From an uncultured delta proteobacterium (GTDB taxonomy: Bacteria > Desulfobacterota > Desulfobacteria > Desulfobacterales > QNYZ01), in NCBI GenBank assembly GCA_963845145.1, contig CAWJQU010000005.1, positions 896,001-960,000 of the forward strand: DNA of 64,000 nt, written 5' to 3'. The position numbers were made by a program, and so were the translations under genes. The notes below the pieces were generated by a model. That model worked only from the letters and a program-made list of their open reading frames with translations. It did not search any database and was not told the origin of the DNA. The stretch's first letter is position 1. Every line of letters starts with the position of its first letter. Of this stretch, positions 9,897 through 19,490 are shown one piece after another.

Positions 9897-9917
9897 GCCT
9901 TTATCGTATTGCCTCCC

Positions 9918-10556
9918 TTATCCACGATTATCTGTCTTGACGATTGGTACGCAAGATGATTGTACGATATCCGCCCTGGCGATAATCCCGATCAGTTTTC
10001 CATCCTTGTCAGTCACAGGTACTCGGTTGATTCCGTTCTCTGTCAGGATGCCGGAAATGGTTGAAACCGATGCATCTTTGTGCACGGTGATGGCGGGTGT
10101 TGTCATGATGTGGTCGGCATTTTTTCCACGGATGGAAACAGCGACGCATCCATCACTGCTCAAGCAGTGAGCCACAACTTCCATAAATGAGGTTTTATTT
10201 TGGCCACCCATGTGGAGAAGAAAATCCTTTTCAGAAATAATGCCAATCACCCTCTTTTTAGGATCAACCACTGGAACGCCCGAGATGCCATGGCTGGCCA
10301 TGATCCGTGCGACCTTTAATACGGGTGTGTCCGCCTGGACACAAATGACCTCTCCGGTCATTACATGACGAGCCGTCACCGTTTGTGACAACCTCTTGAT
10401 GGCATGTAAATAGGCGGTTTGATACAATGCCTTAAAATCACCAGGGGTAATATCCAAATATCCCTGTATGCTCTTCATGGCGTCCAGGATGTCGGTATCT
10501 GAAATGTCGGGTGGGTTTAACGAACAAAGATCTTTATCTTGAGAGATGTCATCCAT
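9918..10556 (-). CDS. CBS domain pair protein
   Basis: Two CBS repeats (ISGVPVVD...GIISEKD; INRVPVTD...GIIARAD); N-terminal GYLDITPGDF. Confidence 0.9.
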   Translation of the reverse strand: MDDISQDKDLCSLNPPDISDTDILDAMKSIQGYLDITPGDFKALYQTAYLHAIKRLSQTVTARHVMTGEVICVQADTPVLKVARIMASHGISGVPVVDPKKRVIGIISEKDFLLHMGGQNKTSFMEVVAHCLSSDGCVAVSIRGKNADHIMTTPAITVHKDASVSTISGILTENGINRVPVTDKDGKLIGIIARADIVQSSCVPIVKTDNRG

Positions 10557-10557
10557 T

Positions 10558-11106
10558 TCAAACTAACCCAGGAAGTGGCCCCAAGGCCTCTTTAAACAAT
10601 TGGGTTGCATTTAGTAGCCGCGTGTACATCATTGCCAGGCCGATGATCTCGGCCAGCGTCATCAAGGAATCGATGTCCTGGTCGGAAATATCCCAGGTTT
10701 GGTGGTGATACAATCGCAAAGCGCCCAAGGTGTCTCCATAAAAAAGCACGGGCATGGAAACAATCGCACCGATGCCTTCTTCTGCTGCTTCTTCCGGATA
10801 TTGCAGCAGATCGGTATCATTAACATCTCTGATGACTATGGAGTCTTCGGTCTGAACGCAGCCAATACTCTTGTCAAACACGACGGGTCCTTTGTTCAAG
10901 TACCGAATACTCATTCCGAAAGTCGCCAAAATTTCCAGCTCTTTGGTGTCGTGGTTAAGGGCAAACAGGGTGCAACCTTTCACTTCCAAAGCCCCAACCA
11001 GCAACTGCGTAAGACGATTGGCCATGATCCCCAGATCATCTGATTCGGCGATGGCCTTGGTTACCACTTTGAAAATATTGATGTCGATTTTGTTTTCGGA
11101 AGCCAT
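10558..11106 (-). CDS. Stand-alone GAF domain protein
   Basis: YLNKGPV, QYPEEAAEEGIGAIVSMP, GALRLY. Confidence 0.82.
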   Translation of the reverse strand: MASENKIDINIFKVVTKAIAESDDLGIMANRLTQLLVGALEVKGCTLFALNHDTKELEILATFGMSIRYLNKGPVVFDKSIGCVQTEDSIVIRDVNDTDLLQYPEEAAEEGIGAIVSMPVLFYGDTLGALRLYHHQTWDISDQDIDSLMTLAEIIGLAMMYTRLLNATQLFKEALGPLPGLV

Positions 11107-11213
11107 GTGTTACCTCCTTGTAAAGCGAAAATTGAGGGCATTACCCGTCAATAAGAAAATTGTCCAAATTTTGGTTGATTAAATCATTCATGCATTTTTA
11201 GATGGTTCTGTTT

Positions 11214-11678
11214 TCAAGTGACCACACAAACGGTGATATTCGTCAGGCCCGTCACAACTTTACTAAAAACGCGGCCGGTAAAAAAGTGCGTCGCTTTTTT
11301 GGTTTTATGGTTCATAACGATCACTGAAAAGTGCTCCGCTTTTGCAAGCCAGATTATCTCGGCCGCGACATCCTTTTTCCGCGGCAAGAACACCGCCTGA
11401 ACCTGGTGTTGCGAAAAACCCCCCTGAACCAGACTATCGGCTGCCTCTTGCAATGCCTTCTCCTGTTCCGATTTTAGCTGGGCGAGATAATTCAAGTTGC
11501 TTTTTAAGTTGGCCATGATCGTGGCCTCTTGGGGTTTGAGTTCCGGCAAAGGCGTGTACGCGGAAAAGAGCGTAATCTCAGCATCCGCATTGTGGGCGAA
11601 GGTATCAATCACAAATTCAAGGGACTTTTGGTCATAGGTTGTAAAATTGTAAGGCACTAAAATTTTAACATTTTTCAT
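11214..11678 (-). CDS. Universal stress protein (UspA family)
   Basis: N-terminal KILVPY, VAAEII..AK, FFTGRVFSKVV...VCVV; AGGAGG RBS. Confidence 0.8.
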   Translation of the reverse strand: MKNVKILVPYNFTTYDQKSLEFVIDTFAHNADAEITLFSAYTPLPELKPQEATIMANLKSNLNYLAQLKSEQEKALQEAADSLVQGGFSQHQVQAVFLPRKKDVAAEIIWLAKAEHFSVIVMNHKTKKATHFFTGRVFSKVVTGLTNITVCVVT

Positions 11679-11769
11679 ATCAACCTCCTTTGCTGATGAT
11701 GGTCACATGCGCGACGGCAGCTACAGATTTGGAAACCATTTACGGTCCGATCATGCCGTCAAATTAAAG

Positions 11770-11915
11770 TGAATCTTACGCCTGAGGTTAAGTGAAACGC
11801 CGTCTTGAGAGATACTACGGCCACCAGACAAAGTAATACCGACTTCAGCAAAAGTGTCGGTGAACGATCAACTTTGCGTTAGATGGCGTTTGGGATTTTT
11901 TATGAGAGAGATTCA
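11770..11915. ncRNA. Candidate structured RNA or leader (nested stems), family unassigned
   Basis: Nested pairs TGAATCT/AGATTCA, AAACGCCGTCT/AGATGGCGTTT, CAAAGT/ACTTTG, ACCGAC/GTCGGT in non-coding DNA upstream of the USP operon. Confidence 0.4.
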
Positions 11916-12083
11916 ATCGTTACCAATTATCGCCCAAATTAACATGAACAACAATTGACTGATTTCAATAGTTTCTTTTCAAAAGATAATACTACAATGT
12001 GGTAAATGTCAAGAAATATTTCCGTCGCCGAAAGGGGCTGGCCCGGGAAGAAAAAAGATCTGGTGCCGTTTTTATGGTAATGC

Positions 12084-12581
12084 TTAAAACTTTTTCTTCA
12101 TCTTTTCTATCCAGAATTTTTTCTCTTCCTCCCTCCAATTTGTACCGTGAAAACGCCTGTCATAGAACGCGCCCAGTCTGTCAAAAAACTTTTCCCATGT
12201 ACTTTTTTGCATCTCAAGCGCCATAAGGACATCTGTGACGAAAACATCAATATCGACCATCTTGTCCTTAGGTGCAAAATAGGCCGCCCCTTCTCTGGCA
12301 GATTTTTTAAGGCTCTCTTTCGATAACGAATTCGCCGTAAGCATGATTGCAGGGATCTTGTTCTCATTGGCTATTTTAAGCAGATCAAACCCCTTTACGC
12401 CCATGATATCTAGAATGGCAATATCGTAGAATTGGTTTTCCAGCAGCCGCTTCCCCTCTTCATAAGAAGAGGCCGTATCTATTTTACACATATGCAAGAG
12501 CTCAATTAATGATTCTATTACATCGGGCTCATCATCTACGATTAAAATGGCTTTACCCTTTAATATTTTATCCTTGCTCAC
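12084..12581 (-). CDS. Single-domain response regulator (receiver)
   Basis: ILIVDDE, ILDIMGVKG, MLTA, FAPK. Confidence 0.88.
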   Translation of the reverse strand: MSKDKILKGKAILIVDDEPDVIESLIELLHMCKIDTASSYEEGKRLLENQFYDIAILDIMGVKGFDLLKIANENKIPAIMLTANSLSKESLKKSAREGAAYFAPKDKMVDIDVFVTDVLMALEMQKSTWEKFFDRLGAFYDRRFHGTNWREEEKKFWIEKMKKKF

Positions 12582-12649
12582 TATTTTTATTCCCTTTGAT
12601 ACGGATTCGAAGGCTCTACAATAACAGGTATCGATAAAATAAAAAATAT

Positions 12650-13129
12650 TCAGATTTTGGTTGGGTTTACTTGACGGTTGCCCTCTTGTCCAGACACATT
12701 ATTTTTTTCTTCAGAACGGATGGCAAATTTAATTTGAAGGTAGGGCCTGTCAACACTGCGATGGATTATTGGACAATGTAAAAGACCTTTGGGAATAAAT
12801 ATCGCAGAGGTTTTTGAAAGCATATGCTTCTCATCCCCTAACTGCACTTCAAGTTCCGCGCCAAGCCGGGAAGGATGCTTCGGATCTGAGCCCACAAAGC
12901 ACAAAGCCATATCAAAGTTATGAGAATGTTGCCTATCAACAGGATCAGGATCAGGGATGGCAAAGTACCACCCGATATCGATGAGAATGGGGCAGCCCTT
13001 TACTAGGCTTGAGTTCATAAAGATTTCACTTGGGAAAGTAATACCCTTTATCCCCTCCGCGTGGGAATAACCGGTATCAACGACGATCGGATTGCTAATA
13101 ATGTACTTTCCATATTTACTATCAGCCAA
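12650..13129 (-). CDS. Cupin-like protein
   Basis: HSHNFD and IFIPKGLLHCP metal-binding motifs; TTG start. Confidence 0.7.
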   Translation of the reverse strand: MADSKYGKYIISNPIVVDTGYSHAEGIKGITFPSEIFMNSSLVKGCPILIDIGWYFAIPDPDPVDRQHSHNFDMALCFVGSDPKHPSRLGAELEVQLGDEKHMLSKTSAIFIPKGLLHCPIIHRSVDRPYLQIKFAIRSEEKNNVSGQEGNRQVNPTKI

Positions 13130-13307
13130 ATCTCAACGCTCCCTTTTTCATCATATTAATTTCAAATGACGGCCACTCCGACATTATTTAAAATGATCGT
13201 AACGGGATTCACTTGGTTTTGATGCCTGTTTTGATTCCCTGCTCGCAGGCGTACATTGTATATTTTTCGACGCCTGCGACCCGAATAGAACCTACCAATA
13301 AACCTTA

Positions 13308-14696
13308 TTAAACGTTGATATCGCTTAAGACTTCAAGCAGAATGTCGGAAGCCTTATTCAGATATTTCTTCGGAATGGTGAGGGGCGGCATAAACCTGAG
13401 TACATTTCCATTACGTCCACAGGGCACCATGATAACCCCCCTTCCCATCATTCCCATAATAACTTGCCCCATAAGATCAGCATCAAAAGGTTCCTTGGTT
13501 TTGGGGTCCTTGACGAGTTCAACGCCAATCATAAATCCCCGTCCACGAACATCACCAACACAGTCAATGTTCTTTGCGCCCTTTCGAATCCTGCGAATGG
13601 TTTGTTCACCCAGTTTTGCAACCCTGTTTACCAGTTCAAAATTATTTTCGGAAATAATATCGATGTTGGTCATACATACTGCTGCGGAAACGCCATTGGC
13701 GGCAAAGGTGTTTGGCTGTGATCCATCGACAATCTTTTGGGCCAGGTCTTTTCGAATGGAAAGCCCCGCCATGGGTACATCCCCGCCCAATCCTTTTCCA
13801 AAGGTCAGCATATCAGGCGCTACATCACTATGTTCAATCGCCCACATCTTTCCGGAACGTCCGGCTCCGGCTTGAACTTCATCAATAATTAAAAGCGCTC
13901 CGTGTTTTTCGCACGATGCTTTTAAGCTTTGGAAAAATTCAGGATTGGGAGCAAGATATCCGCCTTCACCTTGCTGAGCCTCGATAATAACAGCTCCCAC
14001 ATCGTCAGCGGCCGTGTAGGGAGTATTCAATAGATAGTCTACATAATCAGCACACATCTCTTCACACTTTTTCTGACTCTTCGTACCAAAGCAGCATCGA
14101 TACGCGTAAGGGTAGGGCGCATGAATCACGCCTGGAATGAAAGGGCCATAATCTTTCCGGTATTGATCTCCGGTGGTTAAAGAGCCACTACCGCAGTGAA
14201 CGCCATGATAGGCACCGTGAAAGGCAAGGATTTGAGACCTTTTGGTGATCTTGCGTACAAATTTGATGGCAGTTTCAACCGCACTGGATCCCGATTGGGT
14301 AAAATAAGTGATGCAGTTATTCCGCAAGCCCTTCGGCATGACACTCGATACTTTTTTGGCCAGCTCAAGGCGTAGTGAGCTACTGCAATCACTGGCGTGC
14401 ATTAGTTTTTGGGACTGCTTATGAATGGCCTCAACGACCCTGGGATGTCTTCTTCCGACGGAGTTTACCGCAACGCCTGCGGTGATATCGATATAGAGAT
14501 TTCCATCCGGATCTTTAACCGTTGATCCAAAACCGTCATCAAATACCATCGGAAACCGACCCGCCCCCCTGGCCATGGATTCAAATTTTGGGGCCTGCTT
14601 AAGTTGTTTTAAACTTTTAGGTCCGGGAACGGATTTCGTTATGATGCTTGGCGCATCCGGGAAGGACAATTTTTCTAAATCAGACTCTTTAATCAT
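13308..14696 (-). CDS. Class III (GabT-like) PLP aminotransferase
   Basis: DPDGNLYID, FHGAYHG, QGEGGY, IDEVQAGAGRSG, TFGKGLGG, VRGRG. Confidence 0.93.
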   Translation of the reverse strand: MIKESDLEKLSFPDAPSIITKSVPGPKSLKQLKQAPKFESMARGAGRFPMVFDDGFGSTVKDPDGNLYIDITAGVAVNSVGRRHPRVVEAIHKQSQKLMHASDCSSSLRLELAKKVSSVMPKGLRNNCITYFTQSGSSAVETAIKFVRKITKRSQILAFHGAYHGVHCGSGSLTTGDQYRKDYGPFIPGVIHAPYPYAYRCCFGTKSQKKCEEMCADYVDYLLNTPYTAADDVGAVIIEAQQGEGGYLAPNPEFFQSLKASCEKHGALLIIDEVQAGAGRSGKMWAIEHSDVAPDMLTFGKGLGGDVPMAGLSIRKDLAQKIVDGSQPNTFAANGVSAAVCMTNIDIISENNFELVNRVAKLGEQTIRRIRKGAKNIDCVGDVRGRGFMIGVELVKDPKTKEPFDADLMGQVIMGMMGRGVIMVPCGRNGNVLRFMPPLTIPKKYLNKASDILLEVLSDINV

Positions 14697-14736
14697 AAGA
14701 ATTCTCCATTAAACACGATTTAATGATAATTATAAG

Positions 14737-16038
14737 TTACATCATTCTATCCGGCAGCCATAAAGCCAGTTGTGGAAAAAATAAAACGAGGATGAGGACG
14801 ATTAACTGCATGATCACAAAAGGAGGAACCGACCGCCAGATGTTCCGGGTCGAAATTTCTGCCGGAGCAACGCCTTTCATCATGATCAATGCCCATCCAA
14901 AAGGTGGTGTCAGATAAGCCACCTGCATATTGAGGATAAAAATAATGGAAAACCAAATAGGGTCAAAACCAAGTACAATGGCAATGGGAACAAATATTGG
15001 GGCACAGACCGTCACAACGGCGTAATCATCCATAAACATGCCCAGGACGAGGAGAATCAGCTGCATGGCCACTAAAACAATCCATCGGTTTATCTCTAGG
15101 CCGCTGATTAAATCGGTTACAAGTGATTGGGCGCCCTGACTTGTATAAAAAACACTAAACAATGTTGCCCCAATAAGAATCCAAAATACCATCCCACTAA
15201 TGGACATGGTTTGACGGCATGATTCCCACATCACTTTCCAGGACATTTTTTTTAAACCGATACAGATAAAAAAAGCGCCTGTGGCGCCGACTCCGGCTGC
15301 CTCAGTGGGTGTGGCGATGCCGAAAAAGATAGAACCCAGCACCAGGACAATCAGCAATGCGGGAAGTAAAATATCTTTCAAAGATGAGATTCGATGCTTC
15401 CAGGTGATCTCTTCTTTTAAGTGCGGCGCAAATCCAGGCTGTACATGGCACCTGATCAAAATATACATCATATATGAAAATGCCGTGATCAAACCGGGAA
15501 TAACGCCGGCCAGAAAGAGTTTTCCGATTGATATTCGCGCAATATAAGCAAAAATTATCATGATGATGCTGGGGGGTATGATTTCTCCCAAAACACCGCC
15601 TGCCATCACAGAACCTAGAGCCAGGGATTTATTATAGGATTGTTTCAACATGGCAGGTACCGCAATGAGCCCCATGGTTAAAATCCCGGGCCCAAACCCA
15701 CCACACATGGCCAGCGCCACGCAAACCCCAATTGAAACGATGGCCAACCCGCCCCTGATCCCTGACAACCAATACCCGAGGGCTCTGAACATCCGATCAG
15801 AGATACCTGAATGAAGCAGAAAATTACCCATAAGCAAGAACAAAGGGATTGTAATAAGGTTCGGGTCTGTTATCTGCTTGTAAGTGGTGGTGGCAACGAT
15901 AAATAAAGTGGTTGAACCCTCCAGAAGATATGTCAAAAGAACAGTAATCCCACCCAGCGCAAATGCTACGGGAACGCCAAGGATCAAGAGGACCATCAGC
16001 CCACCAAACAACAACAGGGTGACTATTTCAATACTCAT
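14737..16038 (-). CDS. dctM: TRAP transporter large permease DctM
   Basis: GVPVAFALG, IPLFLLMG, IIPPS, ATPTEAAG, LTPPFG, FPQLALWLP. Confidence 0.93.
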   Translation of the reverse strand: MSIEIVTLLLFGGLMVLLILGVPVAFALGGITVLLTYLLEGSTTLFIVATTTYKQITDPNLITIPLFLLMGNFLLHSGISDRMFRALGYWLSGIRGGLAIVSIGVCVALAMCGGFGPGILTMGLIAVPAMLKQSYNKSLALGSVMAGGVLGEIIPPSIIMIIFAYIARISIGKLFLAGVIPGLITAFSYMMYILIRCHVQPGFAPHLKEEITWKHRISSLKDILLPALLIVLVLGSIFFGIATPTEAAGVGATGAFFICIGLKKMSWKVMWESCRQTMSISGMVFWILIGATLFSVFYTSQGAQSLVTDLISGLEINRWIVLVAMQLILLVLGMFMDDYAVVTVCAPIFVPIAIVLGFDPIWFSIIFILNMQVAYLTPPFGWALIMMKGVAPAEISTRNIWRSVPPFVIMQLIVLILVLFFPQLALWLPDRMM

Positions 16039-16081
16039 AGGATATTATCTGCTAAAAGGGTGGGATTTAAGTATATATGGG

Positions 16082-16573
16082 CTATTCGTCTTTATCCTTT
16101 GAAAGGATATAAACGCCCTCCAGAAAAAACAAAACCGCTGCTACGGGAATCAATAATTTTAACGGATACAAAGGAATCCTGAATGCACCATGAGCTGTCT
16201 CTTTTGCCAGCCACGAATTTTGTCCCATCCAGGCTCCCTGCCAGATCAATACCCCCATAAAACAAATAAATGATAGGATTCCGACCATACTCGCGATTTG
16301 CTTTACCTTTTTTGAAAACAAGTTATGAAAAACCTCTATACGAATATGGGCATCTTTTGACATGGCATAAATCCCCGCACAAAGGATATACACACCAAAA
16401 ATTTGTCTACTTAACGGCCAAACCCAGATGGTCGGCCGATTAAATACATACCTTAATACGACTTCAATGGTCGTGAAGAACATAATAACAACAATCAGAA
16501 TACTTACGCCATCTCCAATCCTACCACTTATCCTGTCAATAAGATTAAAAAATGACTTTATCCTTTTAATCAT
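16082..16573 (-). CDS. dctQ: TRAP transporter small permease DctQ
   Basis: Four TM segments; VVLRYVFNRP, HIRIEV. ATG 16573 chosen as start. Confidence 0.88.
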   Translation of the reverse strand: MIKRIKSFFNLIDRISGRIGDGVSILIVVIMFFTTIEVVLRYVFNRPTIWVWPLSRQIFGVYILCAGIYAMSKDAHIRIEVFHNLFSKKVKQIASMVGILSFICFMGVLIWQGAWMGQNSWLAKETAHGAFRIPLYPLKLLIPVAAVLFFLEGVYILSKDKDE

Positions 16574-16658
16574 CAGCGGAGTCCTTTTATAAAGGCTTGC
16601 AACCCAAGGCGGGTATTGTACTGGGTGCAAGCCTTATTATGACCATAGGACAAGGGTG

Positions 16659-17711
16659 CTATTTAACACCTCTCCATTCTTTTATCATCTTGATTGCTTT
16701 TGCCGAGGCCTCGTCTCTTTTTGCAACTTCATCCCAAATTTCATGGGCGATCTTTTTATGCTTTTCGACGGCAGCCGCATCTACAACGCTCTCTTTTAGC
16801 GTACCGGCCTTTACCATTTTTTCTGCATTTACAAATTCTTCCCCATAGCCTTTTACAGTAGCAGACCAGTAGTTCTTGGCAGCCTTTTCAAGGGCTTTTT
16901 GCAAACTATCAGGAAGTTCTTTCCAGGACTTGTCGTTGATGAGCATGTGCCCGATGACATGATCATTATCTCCCGCTTTAACCCAGTAGGGCGCCACTTC
17001 ATGCCATTTAAGACCCGATATGGCACTGATATCCCATTGACTGGCGTCAAGCGTACCTAATTTTAAAGCCATATAGGCTTCGCCACCAGATACATATGTC
17101 CCTCGTGCACCTATGTTGTTATGGAATTGCGTATATATACCTTCATCCCTGATCTTTACCCCTTTCCAGTCATCATAGGTAACGAGCGGCTTTGTGGAAA
17201 GGACGAACGGCCCACCATAGGTGTGCATATCCAACCAATGAAGACCATGTTTTCCATATTCTCCCCTTAACAGGTCGACAAATCCTTTTTCATAGTAGAA
17301 ATTACGGATGATCTCTGCCTTGGCCTCAAAAGTATCCGCTTCATTTATGGTATATGCAAAGGGAATTCCAAATTCAATCTCTCCAACAGGAACAACCCCC
17401 CCCCAAAAAGCGCCCATACAATGCAGGATGTCAAGCAAACCTTTTTGCGTTGATTCAAATAATTGTTCCAGCGGCACAATTTCGGCATCTGCAAAAACAG
17501 TTATTAGAAGTTTTCCATCGCTGAATTTTTTAACATCTGCAGCAAATCCCTTTAACAATTCAAAGGAGAGGTCGCCATGGGGGTAACCAGATTGAAGCTT
17601 CCACCTATAGACTTTGTCGGAAGCAAATGAAGAACCAATCGTCAGGATACTACAAAAAAAGAACGCCACCAAAATTATTGATAGGGTGTTAATCATTCTA
17701 CTTTTTTTCAT
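16659..17711 (-). CDS. dctP: TRAP substrate-binding protein DctP
   Basis: Signal peptide, WKLQS, KGVKIR, EAYMALKLGTLD, WKELP; GAGGAGG RBS before ATG 17711. Confidence 0.9.
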   Translation of the reverse strand: MKKSRMINTLSIILVAFFFCSILTIGSSFASDKVYRWKLQSGYPHGDLSFELLKGFAADVKKFSDGKLLITVFADAEIVPLEQLFESTQKGLLDILHCMGAFWGGVVPVGEIEFGIPFAYTINEADTFEAKAEIIRNFYYEKGFVDLLRGEYGKHGLHWLDMHTYGGPFVLSTKPLVTYDDWKGVKIRDEGIYTQFHNNIGARGTYVSGGEAYMALKLGTLDASQWDISAISGLKWHEVAPYWVKAGDNDHVIGHMLINDKSWKELPDSLQKALEKAAKNYWSATVKGYGEEFVNAEKMVKAGTLKESVVDAAAVEKHKKIAHEIWDEVAKRDEASAKAIKMIKEWRGVK

Positions 17712-17790
17712 TTTATCCTCCTCGTAAAAGTTTACAAAACAAAAAAGAATATCAAACACTTTTCACATTTTGAATAGGACACTTACCTAT

Positions 17791-18036
17791 TCACCCCCCA
17801 TAAACCGGGGAAAAAAAACTGATAACCATTCCATCTGCAAGACAGGTATCAGATGATATAGCCTGGCAATCCTGGCTGATAAGGCCGATTTGAGAAAGCG
17901 GCAGTCGTAATTGTTTCAATATATCCACCGGTGTCGCACCATCAGCCGCATCCACAACGATTCCCTTTTTATGGTTGTAATCAGGCACTTTTAAGCTTAA
18001 CGTACCAAAAAGCCGGATGGTCAATCGTATGGTCAT
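17791..18036 (-). CDS. MoaD/ThiS family ubiquitin-like protein
   Basis: IRLFGTL at N-terminus, 81 aa, C-terminal GG; same operon as AOR. Confidence 0.85.
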   Translation of the reverse strand: MTIRLTIRLFGTLSLKVPDYNHKKGIVVDAADGATPVDILKQLRLPLSQIGLISQDCQAISSDTCLADGMVISFFSPVYGG

Positions 18037-18039
18037 TAC

Positions 18040-19458
18040 CTAAGCCATGGTCCAGTTAAGACTATATCTTGCCATATCAATGGTTTCCAAAACATCTGAA
18101 ATAATCTCAATCCCTTTGTCAACAAGGGCTTTGGATATTACAAGTGGCGGTATCACCCTTAAGATATTGTCATAGCGCCCGCATGGTAGCACATAAACGC
18201 CATTGTCTCTGAGCAACCATACTGCACGAACAACCTCGGCCATGGATAAAGGCTTTTTTGTTTTTTTATCGCTAACCAGCTCCAGGGCTATTCCCCAGCC
18301 TAATCCGCGGACATCACCGATGACTTCGCGCTGCCCGGCTAGATCTTTAAATCTGCCCATGGCATAGCCACCCATTTCCCGCGTGCGTTCAAGTAACCCA
18401 TTTTGAATTAACTCGATGTTTTTACAGGCCACGGCACAGGACATGGAGTTTCCAGCCGCTGTAAGAACATGGCTGAACGGTTCAAGGTCCCGGACCAAAT
18501 CTGACCGACATAACACGGCACTAAACGGCAGATCACCACCCAGTGCCTTTCCCATGGTAATGATGTCCGGCTCCACCTCGTATTGTTCCACTGAAAACAT
18601 GGTTCCCGTACGCCCCATTCCCATTTGCACTTCATCATCGATCACAAGAATTCCCAGGCGTTTGCACAAATTGTAAATATATTCCATCCACCCTGGCGGT
18701 GGCGGTACATACCCCCCCTCACCCTGCATGGGCTCAAGAATGAGAGCGGCCACATTATTCACATCGATGCCGCCATAAGGATCCGTCAGCTGAAATTCTA
18801 CATATTTTGCACACTGCAGGTCACACTCCGGGTGGGTTAAATCGTAGGGACAGCGGTAGCAATAGGGATAAGGCCCCAATCGTTCGACAAATGGCATAAA
18901 GGGCCGGTACTTGCTGCGGAAAGTTGGCGAAGTAGTTAAAGAAAGAGTGGTTCCAATCGAACCGTGATAAGCGCCTTGAAATGCAAGAATGATGGATTTG
19001 CCGGTTGATGCCCGGGCGTATTTTATGGCAATTTCATTGGCAGAGCTCCCGCTCAATCCATATGCCATTTTTACATTTCCTTTGAGGTTGCCCGGTGCCA
19101 TTTCGGATAACATTTCACCAAGCCTTTGGCGATTTTTGCACGTACCGTCGGGAGTATGCATAAGGCGGCCACATTCGTTCTTGATCACCTCAACAATCTC
19201 AGGATGAGAATGGCCGACGTTATTAACAGCCACACCAGATGACAGATCAATAAACACATTGCCGTCCGGATCTTTAAAGGTTGCGCCAAAGGCTTCTTCC
19301 CATGCCAAAGGGATACCAATAGGAGCGATCCTGGTTGGCGACTCATTGGCCAGTTCTTTTTGCAGAAGCGCCCCTGTCTTAGGCCCGGGAATCTGTGCTG
19401 TCACAATTTTAGGGGCATCTGGATACGACAATTTTTCATAATATTCTTCAGAAGCCAT
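18040..19458 (-). CDS. Class III (GabT-like) PLP aminotransferase
   Basis: DPDGNVFID, FQGAYHG, EPMQGEGGY, DDEVQMGMGRTG, TMGKALGG. Confidence 0.93.
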   Translation of the reverse strand: MASEEYYEKLSYPDAPKIVTAQIPGPKTGALLQKELANESPTRIAPIGIPLAWEEAFGATFKDPDGNVFIDLSSGVAVNNVGHSHPEIVEVIKNECGRLMHTPDGTCKNRQRLGEMLSEMAPGNLKGNVKMAYGLSGSSANEIAIKYARASTGKSIILAFQGAYHGSIGTTLSLTTSPTFRSKYRPFMPFVERLGPYPYCYRCPYDLTHPECDLQCAKYVEFQLTDPYGGIDVNNVAALILEPMQGEGGYVPPPPGWMEYIYNLCKRLGILVIDDEVQMGMGRTGTMFSVEQYEVEPDIITMGKALGGDLPFSAVLCRSDLVRDLEPFSHVLTAAGNSMSCAVACKNIELIQNGLLERTREMGGYAMGRFKDLAGQREVIGDVRGLGWGIALELVSDKKTKKPLSMAEVVRAVWLLRDNGVYVLPCGRYDNILRVIPPLVISKALVDKGIEIISDVLETIDMARYSLNWTMA

Positions 19459-19490
19459 ACTTCTCCTCCTTCTATCATTTATGGATAAAT

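Noticed and set aside
11770..11915. 6S RNA, fluoride riboswitch or c-di-GMP riboswitch identity
   Set aside because: Rod-like but short and not in the usual 6S context; riboswitch consensus blocks not found. Kept only as an unassigned candidate.
16590..16640. Hairpin between dctP and dctQ (AAGGCTTGCA...GCAAGCCTT)
   Set aside because: Ordinary intercistronic stem after a binding-protein gene.
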